Below, in pieces: positions 34,228 through 44,901 of a DNA stretch of 64,000 nucleotides. Made by a program: the position numbers and the translations under genes. Source of the stretch: Pirellulales bacterium (GTDB taxonomy: Bacteria > Planctomycetota > Planctomycetia > Pirellulales > JADZDJ01); contig DASRSD010000039.1 in the NCBI GenBank assembly GCA_035656635.1, positions 2,083-66,082 on the forward strand, in the 5' to 3' direction. A model generated the notes under the pieces. It searched no databases. It saw only the letters and a list, made by a program, of their open reading frames with translations, and was not told where the DNA came from. Each line of letters opens with the position of its first letter. The first letter of the stretch is position 1.

Positions 34228-36072
34228 CTACTTCCTCCGGATTTGTACCACGAGGAGCACTGCACCGGCCAGCCCCAAAAGCAGCCCAGCGGCGGGTTCG
34301 GGAACCGCCGCAGCAGTGCTGCCTTGGCCATTGAGCAAATTGTTGATTAGGGCTTGGACATCGGCGTTGGTATCTTTGCCGTCGCCATTGACATCCAGGA
34401 TGGTGTGAATGTCGCTGGCCGATAGCGAAGAATGCAACGCAGTATAGGCGCTGGGACTAGTCAAAGCTTGCTCCAAAGCCACGATATCTGCTGAATCGAC
34501 ATGGCCATCTCGGTTGATGTCACCGGGGAGCGGATTGACATCAATCAGCCCGACGACGCTGGTGTTGAAGGTTGTATAGGCGGCATACGTGCCTTGCATC
34601 CAGATCAGCGCTTCCTGGTCGTTGCCCGTGATCAACTGGGGACGGATGTTGTCGGACGAAGTGTTTGTTAATTGGCTGAAGCTCCAGGTGCTGCCGTTAT
34701 CGGAGGACGTGCCCTGGAAAATTTGCCAGTGCTGGTGGCCATCGGGGCCCAGCAGCGCGGCATTCGTGGTGGGATTTACATCGGCGGAAAAATAAATTTT
34801 GTTCGGATTCAGCGGATCGACCGCCAGCAGGCCTGCGTATTGATTTTGACTATTGTACAGCGGCAAGCCGGCGTAACCGACGCGCGAAACTTGCCACGCG
34901 CCGCCAACCAGATGGGCGAAATCGTATTCCAAATCGTTGCCGTATGCTCCGTTAAGATTGCGAACGACCACAAAGCCGAGGTACGGGTTGCCGCTGGAAT
35001 CTAACTGCATGGAGCTGGCCCAACCTACATAGCCAGCGCCGAAAGAACTGGTGCCGCTTAAGTTGAAGCCGTCTGCGGCCACGCCATTCGCCTTGGCAAT
35101 TTGTGTGAAATCGGTCGGCAGATAGCTTTTGCCGGTGCCGCTGGCAAGATCGCCGGCGTTGCCGGTACTGGGCGGATTCGCCCCGCCTGTGGTTGGCGCC
35201 GTGCCGGTGCTTAAGCCGCCCAACATGGCGCCGGTGGAAGTAAATATGTTCGCCGAGCCATTAGCGGCAAATTGCATGTAGCCCACGTACAGGCTGTTGA
35301 GATAGTTCTGGGGGCTATCTTCGGTCGTGGCAAACCAGACAGTGTTCGATCCGTTGGAGGCGTATTTGACGTACGGCCTGCCATTGCCACCGGTCAGCGC
35401 TTCGTTGTTGGGATTCCGCCAGTACATCCAATGCCCGCCGTATGTGAACGTAGGCGTAGCATTGCCCAGGCTTGTATACGTGGAATAGTTTGGGTCATAC
35501 CCAATGGCGCGAGAGAAGCTAACCACCTCGTTGGGCACGCTTAAGTAGAACGGGTTGCCGTAGGTGTTTCCGTTGCCGTCATTCGTGGTGTTGACCGTGG
35601 AGGTTTGCTCGGACCCCCACATGGTGCCTTCGCCGGCCGTAGTGCTGACGCGCCACTGGACGAGGTTGTTGGCTCCATGCGTTTGATATTCGACCAGAAT
35701 TCGCCCATCGGGCAGAACGGCAAAGGCCGGATCCGCATGATCGTCCTGATTGAACGCGGCGTGCAGCAATGTTTCGGTGTTGGCGTGGGTGCTGAGATTG
35801 TAATCGGTAACATCGACATCTCCCGCCGCAGAGGTGCCACCATTCCCATTATTGATCGTGCCATTGGCGCCGGCGATGGAGCCGATGATTAATTGATTGT
35901 TCGTAATAATGGCGCGCGGATCGGAAAACCAAGACCAGCCCCCATCAGCGTTGAAAGTGACCGGCGTGCCGCTAAAGGCGGCAAAGCATGCGGCGCGGGG
36001 AAGAATTATCGCGAAAACGAATGCGACGGACAAATTTTTGAACAGCTTGCTGCGGACCGCGGAAGCTTTCAT
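34228..36072 (-). CDS. secreted BNR/sialidase-like beta-propeller protein with dockerin-like pair and PEP-CTERM anchor
   Basis: Signal peptide. GGWSWFSDPRAI start typical of BNR-4-type propellers. Asp-box SSDNGSTWS. C-terminus GDINRDGHVDSADI..LDVNGDGKDTNADVQALINNLL + VPEPAAGLLLGLAGAVLLVVQIRRK. Confidence 0.65.
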   Translation of the reverse strand: MKASAVRSKLFKNLSVAFVFAIILPRAACFAAFSGTPVTFNADGGWSWFSDPRAIITNNQLIIGSIAGANGTINNGNGGTSAAGDVDVTDYNLSTHANTETLLHAAFNQDDHADPAFAVLPDGRILVEYQTHGANNLVQWRVSTTAGEGTMWGSEQTSTVNTTNDGNGNTYGNPFYLSVPNEVVSFSRAIGYDPNYSTYTSLGNATPTFTYGGHWMYWRNPNNEALTGGNGRPYVKYASNGSNTVWFATTEDSPQNYLNSLYVGYMQFAANGSANIFTSTGAMLGGLSTGTAPTTGGANPPSTGNAGDLASGTGKSYLPTDFTQIAKANGVAADGFNLSGTSSFGAGYVGWASSMQLDSSGNPYLGFVVVRNLNGAYGNDLEYDFAHLVGGAWQVSRVGYAGLPLYNSQNQYAGLLAVDPLNPNKIYFSADVNPTTNAALLGPDGHQHWQIFQGTSSDNGSTWSFSQLTNTSSDNIRPQLITGNDQEALIWMQGTYAAYTTFNTSVVGLIDVNPLPGDINRDGHVDSADIVALEQALTSPSAYTALHSSLSASDIHTILDVNGDGKDTNADVQALINNLLNGQGSTAAAVPEPAAGLLLGLAGAVLLVVQIRRK

Positions 36073-36111
36073 TACGTCATCCTGCTGCAGATCGACGCCA
36101 ATGAGCTTTGC

Positions 36112-39100
36112 TCAATCGTTTTTTCCAAGTTCAACTACTGCACGGCGCTTGCGACGGTAAAACCGCCCGCCCACTGCCAAACCGCCCAGGGCCAAAAGCA
36201 GGAAGCTGGCCGGCTCGGGCACCGGTGCATTGCTGCCATGGCCGGCAAGCAAATAATTGATGAGCGCCTGCTCGTCAATATTATTAACTTTGCCGTCATG
36301 GTTGACATCGGCAATGGCCAGTAACTCGGCGTTGGTTAACGCCGGATGCGCCGCGAGGTAACCTGCGGTGTTGATAAGTTCACTCATCAGAGCGATTAGG
36401 TCCCGGCTGTCGACATGGGAATCCAAATTGACGTCGCCGAGCAGCGTCGCAAAGCCAAGGGGCTGGACTTCGCCGTCACCTAGAATTTGAGCGCCCGGAG
36501 CGAATCCGGTGAAATCGATTTGGCTGAGCTGCGTGGAGTTCAACCCGACGGAACTCTTACTGACGTACAAGGCATCGTTTCCGAAGGTCCAGTTGGCAAT
36601 TGCCAAGGAGCTGCCGCTCCAGGAAACGGCGCTGCTGTCGTCGAATGTCAAAATGCTGCTGCCATTGCTCAAGTCGATGGTCGGCGTGCCGCTGGCCAGG
36701 TTCAACGTTCCCGTAGTGCCTGTGCCTGGGGTTGCGGTGTTGCCGCTGAACGTGAGGTTATGGCCGCCGGTGGAGAGCGTGCCGGTGTCGTTTAACGTTA
36801 ATCCGCCGCGAACACTGCTGGCCGTACCGATGGTCCAGGTGCCGCTGCCGCTTTTGACCAAGTTCATCATGCCCGCTCCGGCCGCGGAATCTGCAATTCC
36901 ACCGGCCAAAGTTCCGTTGCCTGCACCCGATAGTTTTACGTTGCGGAGCGTCGTGAGAGCGCTAGGAATGGCAATTTGGCTTTGAATGGTTAGCGAGCCG
37001 GCATCGGAATCGAGATTATAGTCGCTGCCTCCGGAAAGTAGTGTAATGGCGCCAGACAAAATGTTGTTACCTGCCACATTTTGAATGTGGAACACATTGA
37101 TTCCATTTCCTTGTCGTGCACCAAGCGACATCGGCTTAGTTACGGTAATTCCGGCCGACGTTGGATTTAGCAACAAAGTACCTACCAAATTCGTATTATT
37201 CGTGCTGCCGCCAATCGTGAAAGTGCCCGTCGTGGGCGAACCCAACGCACCGCCCGTGGTAATTTCTAAATTACCAGAGCCATTGCCAATGGTCATGTTG
37301 CCAGTATAGGAAGGGCTGTCGACATTCAAAACGGTAGTGCCCAGCGAACCTTGCGCGTTGCCCGTGCCCGCGGTGGTGATGGTAAGTGGCCCCGCGCCAG
37401 TCAATGGGCTGTTCACGTTAATAGTCGTGCCGGCATTGGGGGCGAATTGGATGTTGCTGCCGGCTACCGTCACGATGCCGCCCGTCGCGCCCAAATTCAC
37501 GTCGCCGCTAATCGAGAGCGTGCCGCCGCCGGTGACCGACAGCGTGGTATTGGTTCCGGAAAGTGCGGTGCTGTTGGTTAAGGCCAAAGTTGCTCCGCCG
37601 TCCAAGCCCACGAGTGCGTTGGAGCCCACGGTGACCGTGCCGCTGACAGTGGTGGTCGTGGCCGCTCCCACGCGAATGGCGCCATCGTTATTTGCGCCAC
37701 TGGCGCCGGTGCCCGTGCCGTTGATGGTAATCGGCTGGCTGGGAGCGTGGTTACTGCCGGTGTCGAAGTACAATTCGCCGCCATTTTGAACGATGTTGTT
37801 GCTGCCGCTCAGCGGATTATTCGTATTGGCCGGACGCACAATGCCCGATTGTACGGTCAAGGTGCCGCCGAATCCGCCTAAATCTGCATTCTGAGCCGTT
37901 ACGTTATTCGTTCCAGCAAATATTAAATTACCGTTGCCACTCACCGAAGTCGGCGCGAAGGTTGTCGAATCGCTTCGGCTGTAAATCAAATTGCCAGGGC
38001 TGTTGATTTGCAGGGACCCTGTGCCCAGCGATCCGGACGCCGTTCCGCCGCCAATATTCAGCGTGCCGGAATTGACAGTGGTGGTGCCGGAGTAATCGTT
38101 GTTGGTTTCCAGTATGAGCGTTCCGGTACTTGTGCCAGTACCTACGCTCAGCGTGGCAGCGCCGCTGATTTTTCCAATTCCCGAAATGGTGTAATTATTG
38201 GTCGAAGCGTTATAAGTTACCGAACCGGGGGTTACGGTTGTGTTCAAAGCAATTGCCGTTTGCAATTGTCCACCCGGCACAGGATGCGTGTTGTTATCGA
38301 CGAAGTGGACATTGTCTCCTTGGAAATAAGTCTGGTTGTTTAGGGAGCTTGTCGTATCGAACCAATTGGCATGGGTCGTGTCCCAATTCGAATCCGAAGT
38401 TGAATTCCAATCCAAATCGTGGCCTGAGCCAAACGTCACCGTGGTAACCAGCTCTCTGCCGGTTGGACCGCCAGCGATGAGGCTGATCGGGCTAAAACCT
38501 GTTCGCCCGCCATTGCTGGAGGTGATTTGCAAGTTGGCAAGATTTGCAATCGAGGTTTCCGTGCTGGGCAGGGTGAATAGAGTATATTGGAAGGTAGCCG
38601 GAGAAGTGGAGTTCGGATTTTGCAGCTCCATGTCAAGCGGCGTGATGCTTGCGCCAATGGTTAAGCCGGCGCCGGCGACGTTGATTAAATCTTGTGTCGA
38701 CGAGTTGCTTTGATCGACATAATAACGCACGGTGCCGCCGTTGAGCGTTAAACCATTGTCGAAAGTTAAAGTTCCACCATTGCCGGAAACCACGTTTCCA
38801 ACTAGCACGTGGGTGCCGCCACTAATAATTGCTCCCGCGACATTATGATTGAGCACGCCATTGATGCTGCCCGTGCCATTCAGCACGGCGCTGGACGCCA
38901 CGCTAATGTTTCCCGTTGAACCGGCGGCTCCTAGAGTTCCGTTTACCTGCAGCATGCCTCCGCCGATGGTCGTATTGCCGTGATACCCCATGGTGCCATT
39001 GACGATAATGGCGCCCGGATTATTCGGCTTGGAAAAACTGGCGTGATTGGAGCTCTCCGTTCCGCTGACCGTGGCGTTGCCGTTCAGCGTGAGACTGGCG

Positions 39101-42100
39101 CCGGCAGTGACGACATCAATGGTCGCTGTTTTACCATCGTTCATGGTGAAATTGCGGTCTGTGTTGCGGGAGGTGGCGCCCGTGAGTTGCAGTGTGCCGC
39201 CATTGAAAACTAAATTGGTGGCGGTGCTGTCCGAGGCGCCGATGCTGCTGGAAGAGCCGCCGTTTTCAATATCGTCGACAACGAGGGTGCCGCTGGTGAG
39301 CGTGGTGCTTCCGTGGTAGGTAAACCCGCCGCCCGTGCCAACCAGAAATTGCTGAATGCCTGCCGGATCGCCGTTCAACACAACGCTTAGTGGGTGGGTC
39401 GAGTCACTATCGGTAATCGACGCTGTGCCCACCGTGGCGGTATTGGTGGCGAAGGAGGCATTCGTGGTAGCCGTGGGCGCCAAGGTTAGTATTGAGGCAC
39501 TCGTTGTCGAGGAGTTGGTGATTGTTGAAGTATTTGCAGTACTATTGGATTGGCTGGTAACAATGCTCGCTAAGGTCTGGTTAAAGCCGTTCAAATCCAG
39601 CGTCGTCAGTGTGCCATTGCCGCTTACACCCAGGGCGGCAACCGCATTGGGGGCAATACCGTTATTTGCACCAATACTGGTGACACCGGTGACTCCTAGC
39701 GTCGTGTCATTCCCGGTAATACTGATTTGCGGATAACTTCCGCCACCGGAAAGTTGCACATTCCCGCCACGAACCACGAGTGCGGCAACTCCGGAGCCGG
39801 TGGTAATTGGCCCGGTAAAACTCAACAACCCTGCGCCCGGTCCGACAATGTCACCGCCATTGCCCGTGGCGGCGTTAATCGTAATCGAGCCAGAAAATGT
39901 AGCAGTGCCCGATAACGAGATAGCATCGGTCGTCAAGGCGCCTAAGCCGGTGCCGGGCGAAACCGTGTTGATGACAATGTTGGGTGTCAGCGTGACGCCG
40001 TCGTGCAATTGCAACCTGGCAACCGGCGAACCGGTGTTGGGGCCATTCACGGTAATTGGCCCGGTGCCCAATCCGCTGTTGTTGAGCACGTTGATGACGC
40101 CGGAATTTACCGTGGTTCCACCGCCGTAAGTATTCACACTCGTGGTATCGAAGGTTACGGTATTGCCCCCCGCGGCAATGGTGAGCGCAATATCACGGTT
40201 TGTGCCCTTGGTGATTTGGCCCAAAATATCGGTGGCAGCACTCATTGCGACCGACAAGGAGGTTACGCCTGGAGTCGCTGAATTATCGGTAACCACAGCG
40301 CCCGCGATGGGCAAACTAAAGTTGGTGACGGAAGCGTTATTGCCGTTCAAGTTCAACGTGGCGTTCAAATTCGCGTTGGTGTTGCCGACGGTTAAAGCCG
40401 CGCCGCTGGGTAGGGCGCTGGCGTTATTGAGATTCACGGTACCGCTATTCACCGCGAGGCTGGCATAGGAGTTGGCTCCCGACAGTGTAATGGCGCCGGA
40501 GCCGTTCATGAGCACATTGCCGCTGCTGAGAATGTTACTGGCGACGTTTAAAGCGCTATCGCTGCGATTAAATATCAAATTCGCGCCGGCACCCAGCGTG
40601 ACATTGCCGGTACCTAACGTGCCGCTCGTCCCGCCAGCGCCAATGGTGACGGCGTCGCCGCCAATCGCGAGTGTGGCGCCCGCGCCAACGGTGGTGGTGG
40701 TGTAACTATTGTTGCCGGTCAAAATGACCACGCCGGTGCCAGAAACGCTCACCCCTTGACCCGTGCTGGTGCTGATGGCTCCGCTGATGGTCAAACTGGT
40801 GTTCGTGGCAGTGGAAATCTGCGCACTGGAGTTAAGCGCCATCGGCACTTCAATGGTGTGCGTGCCATTGAGAACGTTGATCGAAGCGCCCGCCGAAGCA
40901 TTGTCAACGGTCAGAGTTGAGCCGGTGTGATTGGCGGTGGTGCCAATCAAATCGAACGGTACGCCGTTGTTAAATACCAAACCGCCGACCGTCTTTCCGC
41001 CATTGAGCTGCACCACTCCGTCGCCGCCGATCAAATCGGTGCTGAAGTTGGCGGTGGCGCCTTGGGAATTGGGAATGCTGCTGCTTACCCAGTTGGCGGA
41101 ATTCGTCCACAGCTCATTGCCCGATCCGTTGGTCCAGGAGCCGCTGGTGCTGGTGCCGATGGTCAATTGGATTTCATGCAGCGAGGTATTGTTGACAAAG
41201 TTGTACGACTTCCCGGACTGGGCGTTCGCAATGGACAGATTGCTCAGCAGGCCGGTAAAGCCGGTCGTGTAATTAAACAAATCGTAGGTGCCGTTGGTGG
41301 CAAACGGAGTGGGCGTGGCAGTGCCCGCGGTGCCGGCCAGAATCAAACTGAGCGCCCCGCCGTTGATCGCCAAACCATTCGCGTTGGAAACGGTAACAAT
41401 ATCGTGCCCGGTCGAAAGCGCGGAACCGGTGTTAAAATCGAAACTGATTAACGAGCCATTCGCAAACGTCAGCGAAGTCGGCGCGAATGTAGTGCTAACG
41501 CCATTACTCACTAGAGGGTCGCCCGGCGATAAAGTACCACCGGAGTTAATGGTTAGCGCCCCAACGCTGCCCGTGCCGCCAATCGTACCACTGACGCTGA
41601 CGGCCGAGCTGGCCGATAAGCTGCCATTTACCAGCAGGGTGCCGGCACTAACCGTGGTTGCGCCGGTATAGGTGTGCGTACCGGTGAAAACCAAGGTGCC
41701 GAGACCAACCTTCGTGAGGCTGGCATTATTCGCCGCGGCTTCTGTGCCCGACATGGTCAAGCGCGTTGCAGCGGTGCTGACGCCGAAAATTGCCGTCAGA
41801 GGAGTGCCGATCGTGGAGTTGATCGTGAAATTTCTGTTGGTGCTGGTTGTGGCGCCGGTGTAGTTGAGTTCGGTATTGTTGCCGTTAAACACCAAATTAC
41901 TGGCCGCATTGGTGGAAGCGCCGATGCTGCTGGGATTTCCGCCGTCGGCGAGAAAACTGACGGTCAACGTGCCACTGTTGATGGTAGTCGGAACAGTGTA
42001 GGTACTTGCTGCACTGGTAAGCACGACGCTGCCGGTCGTGGTGCCGTTGCCAATCGCCAAATTGCCGCTGCTGGATTGGCTGGTGATGGCGCCGGCCAGC

Positions 42101-44868
42101 GTGAAGCTGTTAGTGCTGCTTCCGGTAAGTGGGATCAAATTCGCGGTGACTCCGCTGTCGATCAACGTCGTGCGGTTGACATTCAAAGAAAGTGCCGTAG
42201 CGTTCGATTGCAGCGTGCTGGACCCGCTAAAGATGATATTGATATCGGGAACACCCGGGCCACTGGCAGCGCCTTGAAGGGTAGCGCCCAGATTGCCATC
42301 GCTGCTGATTATCAATGTGCCGGCATTGATGAAGGTGCCGCCGGCGTAGGAATTCGTCCCGGTCAGGGTAAGCGTGCCCGTGTTCAGCTTGGTAATGGCC
42401 GCTGGCGAATTGCCCGTGTTTCCATTCACACCCGTTGCAGTAGCCACCAAATTGCTGGCCACCGTCAAATTGTTGCTGCCGGTGACGTCGAAAATAGCGC
42501 CGGCACTATTAATGGTCATCGCATGCCCGGCGTTTAAGGAGAAGCTGCCTGTCGCCTGCAGGATTCCGCCATTGAAGGTAACGGGCGAGGTGGTAGCGCC
42601 TAAATTGTCCGCCGCCATGGAAATAGTGCCGCCATTGATAAATGTCCGGCCCGTATAGGTATTGGTCGTTCCCAGAATTAAAGTTCCCGAGCCCGATTTA
42701 GTCAGGGTGGAGGCTCCCGTTCCGTTGGCGATTACCGCGCTAATGGTGAGTTTGCCGGCTCCCCATTGATTGATAATCAGATCGGAATTCGTTGCCGTGC
42801 CGCTTTTCACGATGCCGTCGGTAATGTTGAAGTCATTTGCGCCTGTAAAGAGCAAACCGCCGGTGGTTACGGTCATCACGTTGGCCGGCGCCCCAAGGTC
42901 CAAGCTGCCGGCGCCGCCACTGGTGTCGATGGCTAGCGAGTTGGCAGCAAATGTGCCCGCCATTATCAGGGCGCCTGAAGTGCTGAAATTGGTTGTGGCC
43001 GAATTACCGGCACTGGTGAGTGGAGTTGCGCCGGTATAGCGTGCCACGGCGCCGCTGTTGATGGTGGCGAATCCAATACCGGCGCCATCGTTGACCGTGG
43101 CAAAGCCGAAAATGCCATTGGTCATCGTCGTGGGATTCGACGACACGGAGGCCGGACTGCTGAGGGTTCCCTGCGACAGATCGAAGTGAACCGTTCCTCC
43201 TGCGTTACGGGTCCAAGTGTTGGGCAAAGTCAAGGTCGTGCCGCCGCCGCCATTAGGATTAATGGCAATGGTGCCGCCGCCGCCGAGGTTGCCGTTAGCG
43301 CTACCGCCAATGATAAATGAGCCGACAAATGTTTGGGCCGTAGCGCCCGACGAATTGCCTTTCATCGTGAAATTGCCGCCATCCATCGTTAAGCTGGTGG
43401 TGGCGGGAAGCAAACCGCCGGCATTGTAATCGATGATCGAAGTGCCGCCGTTCGCCCAAAACGTCGAGGTTCCGGAGGCAAACGTATTTGCAGCGGTGAA
43501 AGTCCAGGTGGTGTTGTAATTGGCGCTTACAATGACATTGTTCAAGCCAAATGTTCCGTTTTGAATCACGCCGGAAATAATTCCGTTGCCGTTGCCGGAA
43601 AACATCAGGGAGCGGGCAGCGATACCAGTTGCTCCGCTGGGGCCGGGGCCGGTAGTAATGGGACCCGACATGGTGAACGTGCCGTTGGGATCGGCCGATT
43701 CGACGGTTCCTAAACCGCCGGAACTGCTCAGGTCGAAGGTGCCGGCGTACGTATTGTTTCCCGAAATGTTTCGGAACATGGGATTGCCGGAATTCTTCGT
43801 GCGGCTGAAATACGTCACGTTGCTGCCGATGGTGATGCCGCCACTAAACTCCACGACTGAATCGACGGTGTTGCCGTTATTGCCGGAATCGTTGTCGAGG
43901 GTGAAAGCGTTCGAGCCCAGAGCATTGCTGCTGGTCAAACGCAAAATGCCGTCATCGATGGTGGTGCCGGCGGTGGTATTCGCGAATTGAAATGAACTGC
44001 CAGCGACGAAACTGTTGTTACCCCCGAGGACAATCATGCCGGTGCTGCTCGTCAACTTTGTCAAGGTGACCGGTCCTGAGGCAGCTGTAATGTTGCTATT
44101 GATGACCAGCGTGTTTGCGCCTGTGTCAAAAGCCACGGCAGTAACGCCGCTGCTAATCGAGATGCTTCGGCTGGCTCCGAGAGTCACTAGCCCTGCGCCC
44201 GCACGCAGCGTGCTGTTATTTGTGGCAAAAGTTAAAGCGCCCGACGTAGCCCCTAATGCGGCATCGCTATTGATGCTGAGAATTCCGCCCGATACGGATG
44301 TTCCACCCGTGTAGGTGTTGGTACCGGTAAGAAATAAAACGCTGAAGGCGGTAGTGCTTCCGCCGACAAAGTTCAAACCGAACGTGCCGCTGCCACTGCT
44401 GATGTTGCCTCCGAGCACAAGCGTTGATGCTGTAGTGCCTGTGCCAACCGAGATGGTGTCGGTGGCCTGTAAGTCGATGGCCTGATTGTCGGTTTCGGTG
44501 CCAACAAAGGTATCGGTAATGCCGCCGTTGAGTCCAATTGCATTGCCGTTGATTATGAACGCGCTGCCACCGGCATTGAAAGTGATGCCGGTGATTTGGA
44601 ACGCGCTGCTTGTTAAATCGTCGGTCAGCGTCGTGCCATTGGAACCTGCGCCTCCAAACACTAGCGAGTCGCCGCTCAGGGGAGGACTGTTCCCCCCGGT
44701 CCAGTTCGCGCCGTCGCTCCAGATGGCCGTCGGATCATTGCCCAGCCAGGTGTCGACCGCAGCCTTAGCGCTTCTGGAAATTGCCCCAGTCATCATTGCC
44801 AGACAGATCGCCACAATCAAAAAATAGCCACGGCTTGCACCGCAAGATTGTTTCAGAATCATTCTCAT
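36112..44868 (-). CDS. giant surface protein with dozens of autotransporter-associated beta-strand (PATR-like) repeats, dockerin-like pair and PEP-CTERM anchor
   Basis: Single ORF of 2936 codons; the longest form starts at 44922. A Met at 44868 gives signal peptide MRMILKQSCGASRGYFLIVAICLAMMTGAISRSAKA. Reiterated units such as GTLTLTGTNSYAGGTFINAGTLIIS and GTLILGTTNTYTGRTFINGGTISM. C-terminus GDVNLDSHVDSRDL..ADVNHDGKVNNIDEQALINYLL + VPEPASFLLLALGGLAVGGRFYRRKRR. Confidence 0.88.
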   Translation of the reverse strand: MRMILKQSCGASRGYFLIVAICLAMMTGAISRSAKAAVDTWLGNDPTAIWSDGANWTGGNSPPLSGDSLVFGGAGSNGTTLTDDLTSSAFQITGITFNAGGSAFIINGNAIGLNGGITDTFVGTETDNQAIDLQATDTISVGTGTTASTLVLGGNISSGSGTFGLNFVGGSTTAFSVLFLTGTNTYTGGTSVSGGILSINSDAALGATSGALTFATNNSTLRAGAGLVTLGASRSISISSGVTAVAFDTGANTLVINSNITAASGPVTLTKLTSSTGMIVLGGNNSFVAGSSFQFANTTAGTTIDDGILRLTSSNALGSNAFTLDNDSGNNGNTVDSVVEFSGGITIGSNVTYFSRTKNSGNPMFRNISGNNTYAGTFDLSSSGGLGTVESADPNGTFTMSGPITTGPGPSGATGIAARSLMFSGNGNGIISGVIQNGTFGLNNVIVSANYNTTWTFTAANTFASGTSTFWANGGTSIIDYNAGGLLPATTSLTMDGGNFTMKGNSSGATAQTFVGSFIIGGSANGNLGGGGTIAINPNGGGGTTLTLPNTWTRNAGGTVHFDLSQGTLSSPASVSSNPTTMTNGIFGFATVNDGAGIGFATINSGAVARYTGATPLTSAGNSATTNFSTSGALIMAGTFAANSLAIDTSGGAGSLDLGAPANVMTVTTGGLLFTGANDFNITDGIVKSGTATNSDLIINQWGAGKLTISAVIANGTGASTLTKSGSGTLILGTTNTYTGRTFINGGTISMAADNLGATTSPVTFNGGILQATGSFSLNAGHAMTINSAGAIFDVTGSNNLTVASNLVATATGVNGNTGNSPAAITKLNTGTLTLTGTNSYAGGTFINAGTLIISSDGNLGATLQGAASGPGVPDINIIFSGSSTLQSNATALSLNVNRTTLIDSGVTANLIPLTGSSTNSFTLAGAITSQSSSGNLAIGNGTTTGSVVLTSAASTYTVPTTINSGTLTVSFLADGGNPSSIGASTNAASNLVFNGNNTELNYTGATTSTNRNFTINSTIGTPLTAIFGVSTAATRLTMSGTEAAANNASLTKVGLGTLVFTGTHTYTGATTVSAGTLLVNGSLSASSAVSVSGTIGGTGSVGALTINSGGTLSPGDPLVSNGVSTTFAPTSLTFANGSLISFDFNTGSALSTGHDIVTVSNANGLAINGGALSLILAGTAGTATPTPFATNGTYDLFNYTTGFTGLLSNLSIANAQSGKSYNFVNNTSLHEIQLTIGTSTSGSWTNGSGNELWTNSANWVSSSIPNSQGATANFSTDLIGGDGVVQLNGGKTVGGLVFNNGVPFDLIGTTANHTGSTLTVDNASAGASINVLNGTHTIEVPMALNSSAQISTATNTSLTISGAISTSTGQGVSVSGTGVVILTGNNSYTTTTVGAGATLAIGGDAVTIGAGGTSGTLGTGNVTLGAGANLIFNRSDSALNVASNILSSGNVLMNGSGAITLSGANSYASLAVNSGTVNLNNASALPSGAALTVGNTNANLNATLNLNGNNASVTNFSLPIAGAVVTDNSATPGVTSLSVAMSAATDILGQITKGTNRDIALTIAAGGNTVTFDTTSVNTYGGGTTVNSGVINVLNNSGLGTGPITVNGPNTGSPVARLQLHDGVTLTPNIVINTVSPGTGLGALTTDAISLSGTATFSGSITINAATGNGGDIVGPGAGLLSFTGPITTGSGVAALVVRGGNVQLSGGGSYPQISITGNDTTLGVTGVTSIGANNGIAPNAVAALGVSGNGTLTTLDLNGFNQTLASIVTSQSNSTANTSTITNSSTTSASILTLAPTATTNASFATNTATVGTASITDSDSTHPLSVVLNGDPAGIQQFLVGTGGGFTYHGSTTLTSGTLVVDDIENGGSSSSIGASDSTATNLVFNGGTLQLTGATSRNTDRNFTMNDGKTATIDVVTAGASLTLNGNATVSGTESSNHASFSKPNNPGAIIVNGTMGYHGNTTIGGGMLQVNGTLGAAGSTGNISVASSAVLNGTGSINGVLNHNVAGAIISGGTHVLVGNVVSGNGGTLTFDNGLTLNGGTVRYYVDQSNSSTQDLINVAGAGLTIGASITPLDMELQNPNSTSPATFQYTLFTLPSTETSIANLANLQITSSNGGRTGFSPISLIAGGPTGRELVTTVTFGSGHDLDWNSTSDSNWDTTHANWFDTTSSLNNQTYFQGDNVHFVDNNTHPVPGGQLQTAIALNTTVTPGSVTYNASTNNYTISGIGKISGAATLSVGTGTSTGTLILETNNDYSGTTTVNSGTLNIGGGTASGSLGTGSLQINSPGNLIYSRSDSTTFAPTSVSGNGNLIFAGTNNVTAQNADLGGFGGTLTVQSGIVRPANTNNPLSGSNNIVQNGGELYFDTGSNHAPSQPITINGTGTGASGANNDGAIRVGAATTTTVSGTVTVGSNALVGLDGGATLALTNSTALSGTNTTLSVTGGGTLSISGDVNLGATGGIVTVAGSNIQFAPNAGTTINVNSPLTGAGPLTITTAGTGNAQGSLGTTVLNVDSPSYTGNMTIGNGSGNLEITTGGALGSPTTGTFTIGGSTNNTNLVGTLLLNPTSAGITVTKPMSLGARQGNGINVFHIQNVAGNNILSGAITLLSGGSDYNLDSDAGSLTIQSQIAIPSALTTLRNVKLSGAGNGTLAGGIADSAAGAGMMNLVKSGSGTWTIGTASSVRGGLTLNDTGTLSTGGHNLTFSGNTATPGTGTTGTLNLASGTPTIDLSNGSSILTFDDSSAVSWSGSSLAIANWTFGNDALYVSKSSVGLNSTQLSQIDFTGFAPGAQILGDGEVQPLGFATLLGDVNLDSHVDSRDLIALMSELINTAGYLAAHPALTNAELLAIADVNHDGKVNNIDEQALINYLLAGHGSNAPVPEPASFLLLALGGLAVGGRFYRRKRRAVVELGKND

Positions 44869-44901
44869 ATTGCACCGTATGGAAATAGAGTGTGCCGATG
44901 G

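Noticed and set aside
36487-44827. Many plus-strand ORFs of 60-290 aa inside the giant gene (for example 41674..42537, 40927..41451, 37337..37789).
   Set aside because: They are antisense translations of Gly/Thr/Asn/Ala/Ser-rich repeats and give Val/Pro/Ala-rich strings. The single 2936-codon minus ORF explains the whole region.
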